DNA of 64,000 nt, from the NCBI RefSeq assembly GCF_009914755.1, contig NC_060930.1, one strand, 5' to 3'. This DNA is from the human T2T-CHM13v2.0 reference genome, Homo sapiens. Within the stretch, counting starts at the first letter, position 1, and each line of letters begins with the position of its first letter. Positions 14,206 through 30,853 of the stretch are shown here, in pieces. Under the pieces are notes generated by a model, which ran no database searches, was not told the origin of the DNA, and worked only from the letters and a program-made list of their open reading frames with translations. A program made the position numbers and the translations under genes.

Positions 14206-15654
14206 ATCTCAAAATGTAATAGCACTGGCATATAAAGTGATACATATTAGAATGTTTACTGTAACACTCTGTAATAATAAAAAATTGGAAATCACCTACA
14301 TTTCCATCTTTTGGAGAATAAATAATACTACTATACTAGTAGTAGTATAATATTCACACCACAGAAAATGATGCAGTTATCAAAAATAACAAGGTAGAGC
14401 TGCATGTACTAACAAGGAAGGCTTATGTGGAAAAACAGGCTACAGATGGATATCTGTCACCTAATTCTATTTACATTTTTTTTAAAAGACCAATGGTATA
14501 TGTGTGTACATCTATGTATGTGTATGTATATATATATATGCGCATTGGTACATAGAAAAAATACACTCCAAATTGTTAATAACCAGAATGCAAGATCCAG
14601 AACACAAAAATTGTAGGCATAGTGCCTATAACAGATATTACCAATTAATAAAAGTACAATATATTTTTTTCGAATGAATGAATGGTAATTTTAGTGATGA
14701 AGACATGTTAGCATTGGGAAAATGCTGGTAAAGGAAATCTTTATTTTTTCTTGGTATCTTTCCAGATTGAGATTTTATCAAGTATAGTATCTTTCTAGAT
14801 TGTTTGAGATTTTATCAAGCATGTTATAATAATTTTGTAATTAAAACTTAAATACAGATAAAAATAAACTCTTGCCTACCCCTTTCAGATAATGTTATAA
14901 TGTGTCACAAGAAACAAACATATTTCTTGGTAATAAAACAAAATTATTTGTAAAGTACTACCAGGGCCAGCCTGTCTGCATATAGCCCTTTTTCCTAAAA
15001 AGTAAAAAAATCATCCTAAAGATTAGAGATTTCTGATCCTGCTACATGGCATGACTAGCTAGTCCTTCAAGTTAAAAAATATATCCATTGGTGATAAAGA
15101 AACATATTGAATATTATTGTCCCCTGAGCCTCTTACCATGATATACTCAGCTGTATGTGAAAGGATTTTGAGAAAACAGAGCCTAGCAAGGGGTCTCATG
15201 CCAATGGGTCCTGCCAAGGAGGAGGGTCTTCTGTATTTCCAGGGAGCAGCTATAGACATGGAGCTTAATGACTGCCTAAGTGTTCAAACTGCCAAGGCAC
15301 ACTTCATTCCAAATATGAAGATATTCACAATGTACCTTTCAAATATTTAGAAAATATTTCTAACAGGTACTTTGTAATTTTTAATGGCAAAAAGTTAGAG
15401 TTTAGATTGTGACTGTTCATAACTGCCATCACTTGCCCCCAAACTTTACAAATCAGTTCAGTGTTACTTTACATGGTTAAAGGTCTAGTTTGTATGGCTG
15501 ATATAATACATGCTATGTAAATAAATATGGTCATAAAATTGCTATAGATTTGGCTTTGATTTTAACACAAAATATGCCATATGCTTATTATAAATATTTA
15601 GTATCAAGTTCTATATTATGATTACCTCAATTCCTCAACAGTCAACTTTTAATC

Positions 15655-15864
15655 CGGGGGTGTCCAATCTTTTGGCTTCCCTCGGCCACATTAGAAGAAG
15701 AAGAAGAACTGTCTTGGGCTACACATAAAATACACTAACAATAGCTGAAACAAAAGCTAAAAAGAAAAAAATCACAAAAAATTCTCATAATGTTATAAGA
15801 AAGTTGATGAATTTGTGTTGGGCCACATTCAAAGCTGTCCTGAGCCACAAGTTGGATAAGCTTG
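15655..15864 (+). mobile_element. MER30 (hAT-Charlie MITE)
   Basis: ggggtgtccaatcttttggcttccc...gttggataagcttg termini. Confidence 0.9.
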
Positions 15865-15989
15865 TTTAATCTTGGCTTTTTGCTAAAAGCTAAAGCATTT
15901 GGCTGATACCTTTCCTGACTTAGCCCCCAGAATAACGACCCTTTTGGTTCCCCTTCTCCCTTAACAGGGGTTATTGCTTGTGTTCTTTG

Positions 15990-17468
<1,479 letters not shown>

Positions 17469-17689
17469 GAGTTCCCACACCCAGAGATATCATAATAGTA
17501 TTTACATGCTCCTGTTTCTAGCATTAGGTGGGTGACCTGTACTACCTCACCAGTAGTTATTGAAAAACATGTAATATCATGATTGTCGAAGGAGAGAAAT
17601 TATCTTAGTTATATATGGCTTGGCTCACATCATGTCTCACTCAACCCTGTGTCTTGCTGATTATTCAGAATTATTCTTAGGTATTAAGG

Positions 17690-17870
17690 CGATTAGAATC
17701 TCAGGCTGTGGAGTCAAACAGAACTGCATTTCAGATACAACTTTCACACTTACTAGTTACATGACTGTTTTAAGCAATTTACTTAATCAGTTTAAGCCCC
17801 AGTAAAATAGAGGTATTTTTCTTCTTCCATAAAACAGAGGTGATGAAAAAGTACCTACTTCTAACTTGGT
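17690..17870 (+). mobile_element. MIR
   Basis: ggctgtggagtcaaacag..cacttactagt..agcaatttacttaatc. Confidence 0.65.
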
Positions 17871-17910
17871 GGCAGAGGTGATGAAAAAGTACCTACTTCC
17901 AACTTGGTGG
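17835..17910. repeat. 38-bp tandem duplication
   Basis: cagaggtgatgaaaaagtacctacttc(t/c)aacttggtgg twice. Confidence 0.95.
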
Positions 17911-19667
17911 TAGAGCAGAAACACAGAAACCTTTCACTCTGAGATCAAGCAACCACAAAAATGCCCATGATTGCCATTTCTATCAGCATTGTACTTTGGG
18001 TCTACCCAAAACAAGAAAAATAAGTAGCAGATATAGTGTTTGGAAAGGAAAAAAGCAAAACCATTATCATTTGTAGAAATATGATCATATACATAAAAAA
18101 ATTTAGGATAAATTACTAGAATTAAAATGACAATTTAGAAAGTTTGATTCTTAAAAATGCATTTTAAAAACTAATTGCATTCATGTAAACCAGCAATAGT
18201 TATAAAATGAAAAAGAGAAAAATCGATGTTAAAAATAGCATTTAAAACTATGAAATATATAGAACTAAATCTAACAAATATGTTCAAGACTTTTCATAGA
18301 AAATATAAATTGTGAAATTTATTATAAGATGTAAGAAAGACAAATAAATGGAGAGAGGTAAAGAGACCAATTTCATGTACTGGAAAATTTTAGACCATAA
18401 CGATTTCTGTTTCCCCCAGATTGAATCTAAAAATGTAACGCAATTCATGCCAAAGTCCCACAGACTGTGTGTATGCACGCATGTGCATGTGTGTGTATGT
18501 GTGGGTAATTTCACTGGGTGATTCTAAAAGGTATATGGAGGTTAAAATGGCCAAGAGTATCCTAAACACCCTTAAAAAAAGAACAAAGTAGGAAAACATG
18601 TGTTACCAGATTTTAAAACTTATTTTGTAAAAAGAATGGTATGAGCCAGGGTAGAAAAAGTGGCCCACTGGGTAGATGAAAGTCTAAAAAGCACCAGCAC
18701 TCGATTCATGAGAAAGATGACACTGAAGACTCATGTGGATGTTTGGGAGAAAAATGGCGTGTACAGAAATGATACTAGGAAAATTATATTTGCATATGGA
18801 GTAAGATGATATTGTATCTCATTCATGGAACACATCAAAATAATTCCAAGTGGACTAACGTTTATAAAATATGGAAGAATATCTTTAAGATACCAGTGTA
18901 GGGAGAAATTTCTTGATACCAAAAAAAAGCATTTAACCATAAAGGAAAGGATAGATAATTTTAATCACTTTAAAACTGAGTTCTATTTATTAAAAGATAC
19001 TACTTTACAAGAAAAGTGAAGTAAAAAAGTAGAAAATACATTTGCAATATGTTAAACTGACAATGAAGGAGTATCCAGAATGTATACATTCCTACAAATC
19101 CATTGGAAAAACAAAAAAACACCTATAAAGGTATGGGTAAAAGAGTGAAATAAACACTCTTAGATGTGCTAATCCATAATCAAGATTACCACCTGCCAAT
19201 TTTGCAAAAATTCAGAAACTCAACTTTACCAATGAGGATGTGGGGCTTTGAGAGCGCTCATCCATGCTGAAGAGATGTATTTTGGTGGAACCAATTTATA
19301 AAGCAATTTCATCTAGTAAAGTTGAAGATAGGCATACATCATGACCAGCAATTCCATTTCCAGGTGTATACCCGTAGAGAAATGCAGGCATATGTGGACC
19401 AAAATACATATGTAAGAATTTTCATTAAGAACATTTAAAGGCAAGCCACAGACTGAAAGAAAAAATGTGCAAAACACATAAAGGACTTAATAAATAGAGA
19501 GACTATAGCAAATAACAATGTAGTATATAGTTCAAGATAGCTAGAAGATTTTGAATGTTGTTACCACAAATAAATAATAAATGCTTAAAGTGATGGATAT
19601 GGTATTACCCAGATTTGATCATTACACTAGTATAATGAATATATTCATGCATTGAAACATCACACCG

Positions 19668-19933
19668 GGCCAGGCGCGGTGGCTGATGCCTGTAATCCCA
19701 GCACTTTGGGAGGCCGAGGTGGGTGGATCACCTGAGGTCAGGAGTTTGAGTCCAGCCTGACCAATATGGTGAAACCCTGTCTCTACTAAAAATACAAAAA
19801 TTATCTGGGCATGGTGGCTGTAATGGGAAGCTGAGGCAGGAGAATCACTGGAACCTGGAGGTTGCAGTGAGCCGAGAATGCACCACTACACTCCAGCCTG
19901 GGCGACAGAGTAAGACTCAGTCTCAAAAAAAAA
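19668..19933 (+). mobile_element. AluS with internal deletions
   Basis: TSD gaaacatcacaccg. Confidence 0.94.
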
Positions 19934-20823
19934 GAAACATCACACCGTACCACATTAATATGTACAATTGTTATATGTCAATTATAGGTAAGAAATTAAA
20001 TAAAAATAAACTATAAACTATCTTGTAGACAATAATGTATCATCAAACTGAATATTCTGCTCTCATGTACTTCCTATACTTATATTGACTCAGTTTGAAT
20101 CTGGTCCCAAAAACTCACAAAATATAAGACTGTCACCAACATCACATAAGCAAAAATCATTAACTTGTACATGTAGAGTAATAAAATGACGTTTCACATT
20201 AAAAATATTATTCATATACACACACATACAAAGATTCAAAAGAAAACAAAAAGCTAATGGAAAAAATAGGCAAAAGATCTCAACAGATACCTCACCAAAG
20301 AAAGTATATACAAAAATTAATAAATTCTGAGCAGCCATCTTATATTAAAGAAAAGAAGGCATATAAATAGCAAAAAAGCGTATGAAAAGATGCTCAACAT
20401 CATGAGTCATTAGGGAATTCTAAATTAAAACAATAAAATGTTACTACCCACCTACTAGCATGGCGAAAATCCAAAACACAGAAAACACCAAACGTTGGCA
20501 AGGATGTGAAGCAACAGGAACTCTCATTCATTGATGGTGGGAATGCAAAATGGTACAGCCACTTTGCAAGACAGTTTGGCATCTCTTATACAGTTAAACA
20601 TACTCTTACCATACAATCCAGCAATTGTACTCATTGCTATTTACCCCAAAGAGTTGAAAACTTGCATCCATGCAATAATCTGCACCCACATGTTGCTAGC
20701 AGGGTTATTCATAATTTTAAAAACTTGGAAGCTACAAAGATGTCTTTCAATAGGTGAATGAATAACAAACTGTGATGCATCCATACAATGGAATATTATT
20801 CAATGATTAAAAAGTGACCTATC

Positions 20824-21043
20824 CAGGAGATCGAGACCATCCTGGCTAACACGGTGAAACCCCGTCTCTACTAAAAACACAAAAAATTAGCTGGGCGTGG
20901 TGGCAGGTACCTATAGTCCCAGCTACTCAGGAGGCTGAGGCAGGAGAATGGCATGAATCCAGGAGGCAGAGCTTTCACTGAGCCGAGATCGCGCCACTGC
21001 ACTGCAGCCTGGACGACAGAGAGAGACTCCATCTCAAAAAAAG
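20824..21043 (+). mobile_element. 5'-truncated AluY
   Basis: gagatcgagaccatcctggctaacacgg; TSD aaaaagtgacctatc. Confidence 0.94.
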
Positions 21044-21325
21044 AAAAAGTGACCTATCAAGCTACAAAAGACTTAGAAGAAGCTTAAATTCATATTACCA
21101 AATGAAAGAAGCCAATCTGAAAAGGGTACATACCATATAATTGCAACTATGTGACATTCTGGAAAAGGTAAAATTAAAGAGGTAGTAAAAAAGATGAGAG
21201 GTTGTCAGGTTCCTGGGAGAAGGGTAGAAGGATGAATAGATGGAGCACAGGGGATATTTTTTACGGCAGTGAAACTAGTCTGTATGATACTGTATTAGTG
21301 GATACATGACGTTATACATTTGTCA

Positions 21326-21718
<393 letters not shown>

Positions 21719-22070
21719 TTAATAAAAAAGTATGAATATTTATTGCCAGTTGTAACAAATGAACCATACTAATGCAAGGTGTTAATAATAGAGGAAATTG
21801 TGTATGGAATGGAGGGGGTATATGTAAACTCTGTACTGTCTGCTCAATTTTTCTATAAATCAAAAAGTGCTCTACAAAGTTAAGCCTATTAATTTCAAAA
21901 TAAGAATCTCCACAGCAGCATTTTACATAAGAGCCCACAACTGAAAAAAAAAGTGTTCACCAATAGTAGATACATTTATTGTTGTATAGTAAAACAATGG
22001 AGTACTATAAAACAATGAAAATGAATGAATTCCGGCTGGATAAAGAGGATATTACAAAGGGTTTCTGCAT

Positions 22071-22235
22071 TATGCCTGCACTTCTCTAGGGGTATACACC
22101 TGGAAATGGAACTGCTGGCCATGATGTATGCCTATCTTCAACTTTACTAGATGATGACAAATTGCTTTCTAAATTGGTTCCACCAAAATATATCTCTTCA
22201 GCATGGGTGAGCACTCTCAATACCCCACACCCTCA
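22071..22235 (-). repeat. Inverted copy of 19233-19392
   Basis: Reverse complement aligns at about 90% with one 5-nt indel. Confidence 0.93.
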
Positions 22236-22288
22236 CAAGTAATTTGCTGGCTGATTTCTGTTTCTTGACCCAAATGGTGGCCACGTGG

Positions 22289-22292
<4 letters not shown>

Positions 22293-22338
<46 letters not shown>

Positions 22339-22349
22339 CATGTGTGTGT
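22293..22349. repeat. (TG)n microsatellite
   Basis: Direct reading. Confidence 0.97.
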
Positions 22350-22489
22350 ATTTATGGAGTATTTTAGATAGAGAGAGAACACTCTTCTATGTATATGATA
22401 CTTTTCAGTATAATTAACAATTTCCATGAAACAGAAGAAATGATGAAGCATATAAATATCGAGTCATGAAAAGAACTAGAAAACCAAAC

Positions 22490-23505
22490 ATTTGAACTTA
22501 ATTAAACCAAAAAGCTTCTGCACAGCAAAAGCAACAATCAGCAGAGTAAACAAGCAACCCAGAGAGTGGGAGAAAATCTTCATAATCTGTACATCTGACA
22601 AAGGACCAATATCCAGAATCTACAAGGAACACAAACAGGAAGAAAAAAAAAATGACTTAATCCTATCAAAAAGTGGGCTAAGGACATGAATAGACAATTC
22701 TCAAAAGAAGACATACAAATGGCCAACAAACATGAAGAAATGTTCAATTAGTGATGGAAACCACTAATTGCCAGGGAAATGCAAATCAAAACCATAATGT
22801 GATACCACCTTATTACTGCAAGAATGTCCGTAACTAAAAAATAATAGATGTTGGTGTGGAGGTGGTGAACAGGGATCACTTCTACACTGCTGGTGGGAAT
22901 GTAAACTAGGACAACCACACTATGGAAAACAGTGTGGCGATTCCTTAAAGAACTAAAAGCAGAACTACAATTTGATCCAGCAATCCCACTACTGGATATC
23001 TACTCACAGGAAAAGAAGTCATTATACAAAGAAGGATACTTGCATGCATGTTTACAGCAGCACAATTCGCAATTGCTAAAATATGGAACCAGCCCAGATG
23101 CCCATCAGTCAACAAGTGGATAAAGAAACTGTGGTACATATATACCATAGAATACTACTCAGCCATAAAAAGGAACGAAATAATGGCATTCACAGCAACC
23201 TTGGATGGAATTGGAGGCCATTATTCTAAGTGAAGTAACTCAGGAATGGAAAACCAAAATTGTATGTTCTCACTCATAAGTGGGAGCTAAGCTATGAGGA
23301 TGCAAAGGCACGATAAAATAGACTTTGGGGACTCGGGGGAAAGGATAAGAGTGAGGTGACAGATAAAAGACTACAAGTTGGGTACAGTATATGCTGCTGA
23401 GCAAAATCTCAGAAATCACCACTGAAGAACTCATTCATGTAACCACACAACACCACCTGTTCCCCAAAAACCTATGGAAATAACAAATTAAAAATAAATA
23501 AAAAT
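22490..23505 (+). mobile_element. L1PB-like 3' fragment
   Basis: ORF2 end [21 protein letters not shown] and 3'UTR gctatgaggatgcaaaggca..gactttggggactcggggg. Confidence 0.9.
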
Positions 23506-24082
23506 ACGCATCTATCTGCATATACTTGTACTCTCCTGCTAAGGAGTAAATAATAAAAACTTCAATAACATCAAAAAAGAAAGAAAACCAAGGATTTAAT
23601 CAACAACAAGAAGTTATAAGAAAGAGAAGAAAAATTGAAGACCCCTCTGATAACTTTCCAACCCTCTACACCGCTAGACCACATGATAAGCAAAACAAAC
23701 ACTTCGGCCTTGCTGCCAGACTGACAAGGAGGAGAGGCCTGTGACAGGTCACTTTGGCTCAAAGCCACATTAATTTAGAAATGACCCCAGCATCAAACAT
23801 GACAATACTCCCTATTTTTTTCTTCCAATGCTGTTTTCCATACTCTATACAGACAAAAAGTGCTCAAAAAACTGTTGATAAAACACAATTCTAGTAGCAT
23901 AGTATTAAAAGGGATGTCCAACATAACAGACTTCAAAGACTTTTTTTTGTCATGACATACGCAGTTTACATCATAATAAATGTGGTATTCTGGGCAGGAA
24001 TTTGTGACCATGAGCAGTGGTACACCTAGCGTACTTAACGCCCAGGGCAGATCACTGTTAATACCCGCTCCTCAACGTTTCA

Positions 24083-24390
<308 letters not shown>

Positions 24391-24932
24391 TCCTCACCTC
24401 TAAATTTATTCCTTTCTGAGTGGAAGATTCCTCTTACCTTATTCACATTCTGTCTCTTCTGAACCTACTACCTTCCTTTTTCAATTATGACCTCCAACTC
24501 CTCAAACCCTCCTACTTCTTTCAAACTGTCATCGCCACTCTAAGCTTACGTACCTCCAAACTCTAGATTACACTTGTCACCATCTCCCATACCTTTGCCC
24601 CAGTGACTTCCTACCACCTACCACTCCTAACTCCTAGCTTCAGGAAAAATTGTAGGAAGTAGGATGAAAAACAAAGGTAATGTAAAATCTAAGTACTATG
24701 AATGGCCTACTTAAATCACACAAATCTGCAGGTAACCTAATCAGCATAACTTCATGACAACTCATAGAGATCTTTAGCCACCTGACACAGGATCAGAGAA
24801 AGCAGGTGGTGAATCACCCATGCCTGAGATCAATGCCATTGATGCCAATGATCATATATTCAAGGTTTTCCCAACATCAAATGATACTTCACAAAACAAG
24901 ATTACTAGGTAATGTTCTAGGAACAAAATTAA

Positions 24933-25427
<495 letters not shown>

Positions 25428-25746
25428 GCTACAATAATTTTTCTAAAGCATACTTCCAACTCACCCTGATGAGAAATGGTCATCCATTAGCTGTTTAAAT
25501 TAAGGAACACCTATCCCAGTATTCAACCTCAACCAAATGTCCTTTCCATCCCCTTTTCCCACGCCTCCCTTCTCCATGTACATATCTTGCCACTTAGATG
25601 AGATTTTGTCTTGGGTCCCTGCTCTCTTTTAAACCTCTCTCTGGAGTGCTCTGTATCTCTTCTGTGGCACCTATTTTACTCTGCTTTCTTTTGTTAAATG
25701 TGTCTAGTTCCTCCCACTCAGCCCATTAGGTGTTAACATTTTTTAG

Positions 25747-26066
<320 letters not shown>

Positions 26067-28069
26067 CCCCCTGGTTGACATTTTATTCACTTTAGCACAA
26101 AGTACATCAGCACATGTATGTTAGGTACTCAAAAAAATGATATATACACAATATAATAATGCAAAATTGAATGGAGTCCAGTTTTGGACTTATTTTTTAT
26201 TACATACTTCCTGAGGAGGCATACTGCATGATTCCAACAGCAACTCTCAAAGTAGCTAGCTAAAGTACTGTTCACACTCAGATTGTGTACAATTTTGTTA
26301 ATATTTTTTAAATCCTAAAATCTGGCTCATTCATGTCACTTTCCTGAAACATCATGCATGCTCTAGAATGCCTGCCTCTTCTTTAACAATGTTTTATTTT
26401 TTTTAATTAAGCTTGTTATCTACATGACTCCCAGATCAATTCTGGCTGTGCTTATACCTGATAATTTATTTGTATAAATTGGGTATTCGTCTTATTTGCT
26501 GACATGCAGCTTTTCAGCATCCAGAGTAAGGTTTCTTCATTCATTAAGTAGAAGTGACATTGTCTCCACATTGTCAGCAGGTAGTGTGTGTTGTACATAT
26601 GTGACTTACTATCACACAGGCATAAGTCATGGTTCAAAAAATTTCTAACAAAAGAAATGAGGAGCACAGGGTAAAATTGAGCTGAAATGAACATGTCATT
26701 AACCCTCTCACCTCTTTTCCCATTATGCTTTGTGAAAATAATCAGTGAATAATTCCTAGAGCTCTGGAACCTGGAACTCTCAGTGAAGAAAGGCAATAGG
26801 AGGCAATTAACACCCTGATTTTATTTTTTCAATAGCTTAACACTACAGGAGAAAATGTCTAACAGAGTATTTAAATTCAGCATAAAATCCTAGCAACCAC
26901 AATTTTAATTGCATACTAACTGCAAAAATATTTCTTTCATTGTCTAAATAAAAGGAAGACTGTAATATGTACTGTCTGCTTGTTTCAGGACTCAGTTATT
27001 AATCTTTAAGAATCTTTGCTAGGATGAAAGCCTCTTCTTCCAGCAAATGCATCCTGAGACTGGGACTTAATCTTTTAAAATCCTAGCTCTCATTTTGAAC
27101 CATGTTAAGATTTCTATCCCTGATATAAAAACACCTTGAACAATTTCAGACACAAGAATTTCAGGAATTTTTTATTAGTAACTCAAAAACAATACCTTTT
27201 AAAAGTCACAAAAATGAAAAGCTACCTTTGTCTGCAACACATAAACACACATGTAAAAAAAAATGCACAATATGAAATTTGATTACTCAACAGCAAGTCA
27301 TCACAAATGCAAGCAAAGATTGGGTTGCTGTTTCCATAGAGATGACTTTAAGTGGTTCAGTTCTTCTGGGAATTTAACCAAATCCCCAGCAGCAGAAGAA
27401 AATCATCAGCAAAAATTCTGTAGCATATGAGAACTGCCAACAAATCAATGAGAGAAAAAAAATACTTTCATTTTCTTTTCCTTTTTACCAAGAGGAATAC
27501 TGTCACATTGAGCTGTTTGAAGAAGTATACAGATTTTGCTGGTCACTCTGCATGTAACTCAAAACTAAATAATACCAGGTTGCTTCATTCTTACATTAAA
27601 AGGGCTGGTGGTACCCAGCCAGGCTCTACAGCACATGCAATCCTGGAATGGCATTTAGCCAGGAACAAGGACTGTTGCATCTTCCCATGTCTCTGGCTAT
27701 GGTCCTAAAAGAAAACCCTCAACCTCCAGGGTTATCTCTTGGGAAAGAATGCAAATGGGATTTTATTCTCTAGTATGTTTTTGAAGCTATGCTCATCCTG
27801 GGGGGTGTGTGTGTGTGTTTGAAATTTTTTTAGTTCTACTTACGACCCAGTGATTAAAGTAAGCGTTTGTAGGAGAAAAATAATAGATGTAGTACTTTTT
27901 ATTATTTTCTTTAGTTTCACCAGTCCTATATCTGGAAGTCTCTTCTAAGCATCAAGATAGAGGTCATCTAGTTCAAGATGCTTAAATTCTCTCTTCAGTA
28001 TATCTTTTCAAGAACAAGAGGTGTGACCAATACACAATAGGCAATCAATATTCAATGAAAATGTTTGTC

Positions 28070-28330
28070 TCAGAATGAGTAAAGACCTCCAGTGATAAGG
28101 AATGCATTCCTTTCCAAGGAACCCATTCTATTTTTTGAAGAGTTCACAACATCAAAAAAAAGTTCTTATGCTGAGCATGAATCTATCTCCTTTTGACTTG
28201 CACCATTGAACTCAATTCTGTGCTTCCAAGGAGATACAATTAAGCTCAATACTTTCACCAAACGACAGCAACTCACAAACCTGAGGGCGGGTTGAGACTA
28301 CTCTTCCTCACAGTCCAATCTTCAGCCCTC
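28070..28330. mobile_element. Possible L3/CR1 fragment
   Basis: aagacctccagtgat..ccttt ccaagg..cccattc..aaagttctt..tgagc resembles CR1 3' region. Confidence 0.45.
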
Positions 28331-28605
28331 TCCATTCCTCAGTGACAAGGTTTCCTTTCTCCTCCCTATGCTACTCATTCACCTCTAGAAATAGGTTGGT
28401 TTGCCAGACTTTATTTACTCCAGTTCTTCTAATCTAGATAGTTGGCCTAAATAAAGGGGAGAAGTATAAGAAAAATGCCATCAGAGGCCAGGCAGGTCTG
28501 TGTAAAGCATCTTTAGGTAAGGCCTCAGAGAGTGGTGACAACTGTTATAACTTGGAGAATTAGTTACCAGGCTGAGTAATGAAATTTACATACTTTTAAA
28601 ATATT

Positions 28606-28644
<39 letters not shown>
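28606..28644. repeat. (CA)n microsatellite
   Basis: Direct reading. Confidence 0.97.
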
Positions 28645-28645
<1 letters not shown>

Positions 28646-29647
28646 CTTGTTCTGCAGTTGTGATCCTTGGGCAAATTACGCTGATACCAAAAATTAAATT
28701 AGCAGGGTACCCATCTGAAATTTGAGAACTTAAAGAAACATTCCCTGATTAGGCTAGAGGAGAGGAGAGAGCAGTCATCTATGTCATTAGACACTCTGGC
28801 AAGTGATTATGAGAATTTAGCAAGTCAACTTTCTCTCAATGGCACACCAAAAATATACAAACCAAACTCATCATTCTTTCACTGCTCAGTATCTTCCATC
28901 AGGTAAGCGTGTTTTACAGCAGAATGAATAGCGCACAATCAGAAAAGATACGTCACGATTGAACAGTAATAAAAATAAGTTAGTCCTGGATAAAAGACAA
29001 GGACCAGTTATCAGAGTATTTTTTAAACCTCATATTATTAACTTCCACACACAATTAATTCTTTCCTTTGTTAAGACTTAAAATGTTTTCTGAACGCATG
29101 AGTTGTGCTCTCCTTTATATGTAAAGGTTCTAATGCTGCACAAAGTGCATGCAAATTGTCTGTCTTCCCATCAACCACACAGGAACATTCAGGAGCCGAC
29201 AGGCTAAGAATTAGATACTGTCTGGGGCACAGCCCAGGGAAAGTGGCTGATCTAAGCTCATTTTGAACTATCAAGGTGATGTTATGAATACCAGACTACA
29301 AAATCCTGATTTAACCACCACAGGCTCCAGCGCATGGGACATGGGACCAAAAAAGAGGCAAGTTTTTTCTCCGATTGGTGGAAAAGTATCATTATTTTAT
29401 GATCACATGTCTTGGAGTTCTGAAGCAATTGGTTAGTGACACTTATAGCAAGTAATTAGTGGCCTAGTAGCTGGAGTTGTCCACATGCAAACTCCTCTAC
29501 AAAGCAACCTCTGGGCATAGCCCCACTTGACTAATTATTGAATCATCATTCATGAGTTTAACCATTCTTGTTACAAATTAATATTAGAGTTCCATATACA
29601 AACAAATATTCACTCTCTAACGAAGAATAAATAATTTATTGGTTTAC

Positions 29648-30020
29648 CTTTGTCCATGATCTTTGATCCAGCAGGCTTATCTGGGACAGTAAGATGGTCA
29701 TGATTGCTACTCAATGAAGAAGTATCATCACTAGATAAAGAGTTCAAAAATCCACTTTCTGATGTGACAAAACTGTTTTCCAGGGCCTTGTGGATGCCTG
29801 CCTCTGAGGGTACAGGTGAATGAACTTGCACAGCAAACGTTATTGGTTGTCCCTCATCTTCAGCAGCAGACAAACTGTTAACTGTGTCAGGCAAGGATTG
29901 TCTCTCTTTAGATAAGGAGGAAGGAAAACTGCTGGGTGTCTTCACTGTATTTTCCAGGGAAGAGAAAGAATACGACGTTCCACTCAGGCTGGGTGAGGAT
30001 GAAGATGCCTGCTGTGCAGT
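29648..30020 (-). CDS. IPCEF1: IPCEF1 internal coding exon (Ser-rich linker), 373 nt
   Basis: aaatag|ACTGCACAGCAG...ATGGACAAAG|gtaaac; TAQQASSSSPSLSGTSYSFSSLENTVKTPSS...PAGSKIMDK; ends in phase 1; I did not find the next exon in the window. Confidence 0.96.
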
Positions 30021-30418
30021 CTATTTTTCACAAATAAAACCAAAAAAAGAATAAAAGACATCATGATTAAACCATCATTCTCTACCTTTTATTTTCAATC
30101 ACGGTGTCCCCGTGTTATTTCAAAAAGTGACCAATAATAAAAGAGTCAAAAGGTAAAGATATGATATTTATTTCTGTTTGACACACATTAGGATTTCATT
30201 CTCCAAAACTGATTTATGTAACTTTAAATTCACTGTTCTAGGATCTGAAAAATCTCCTTATCATGATTTGTCCTATTCTTCAATGCTCTCCAGAAACTTA
30301 AAAGGCCTCTTTTGGGAATGCTTCAGAATACTGCATTACACTTTGAGCAAAATATAATTTGCAATCTATCACTGAATTCACACTGATGGAACAAGAAAGA
30401 TAATTATGAAAAAGGAGA

Positions 30419-30713
30419 GGCTGGGTGCGATGGCTCATGCCTGTAATCCCAGCACTTTGGAAGACCGAGACAGGCAGATCACCTGAGGCCGGGAGTTCGA
30501 GACCAGCCGGGCCAGTATGTTGAAACCCCATCTCTACTAAAAATACAAAAATTAGCCTGGCTTGGTGGCGCGCACCTGTAGTCCCAGCTATTCAGGAGAC
30601 TGAGGCAGGAGAATCACTTGAACCTGGGAGGCAGAGATTGCAGCGAGCTAAGATCATGCCACTGCACTCCAGTCTGGGTGACAGAGTGAGACTCTGCCTC
30701 CAGAAAAGAAAAA
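30419..30713 (+). mobile_element. AluS
   Basis: Full dimer about 400 bp from the acceptor of the 373-nt exon. Confidence 0.95.
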
Positions 30714-30853
30714 GAGAGCAAAAGCTGGAGCCATTCCAGAAACAAAATACGAACTTAAACCCTTGAATATCGCTCACATACTCCTTAGTGCATGAAAAGC
30801 CTTGGCGACATTTTCATCAGTACACAGAGAAAACATCAAAGCAACATCACCAA

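Noticed and set aside
17835-17914. CRISPR-like or functional repeat array
   Set aside because: Only two adjacent copies, no spacers, eukaryotic intron
29610-29945. Stand-alone 111-aa gene
   Set aside because: Part of the IPCEF1 373-nt exon; the listed start is an internal GTG and the tail is intron
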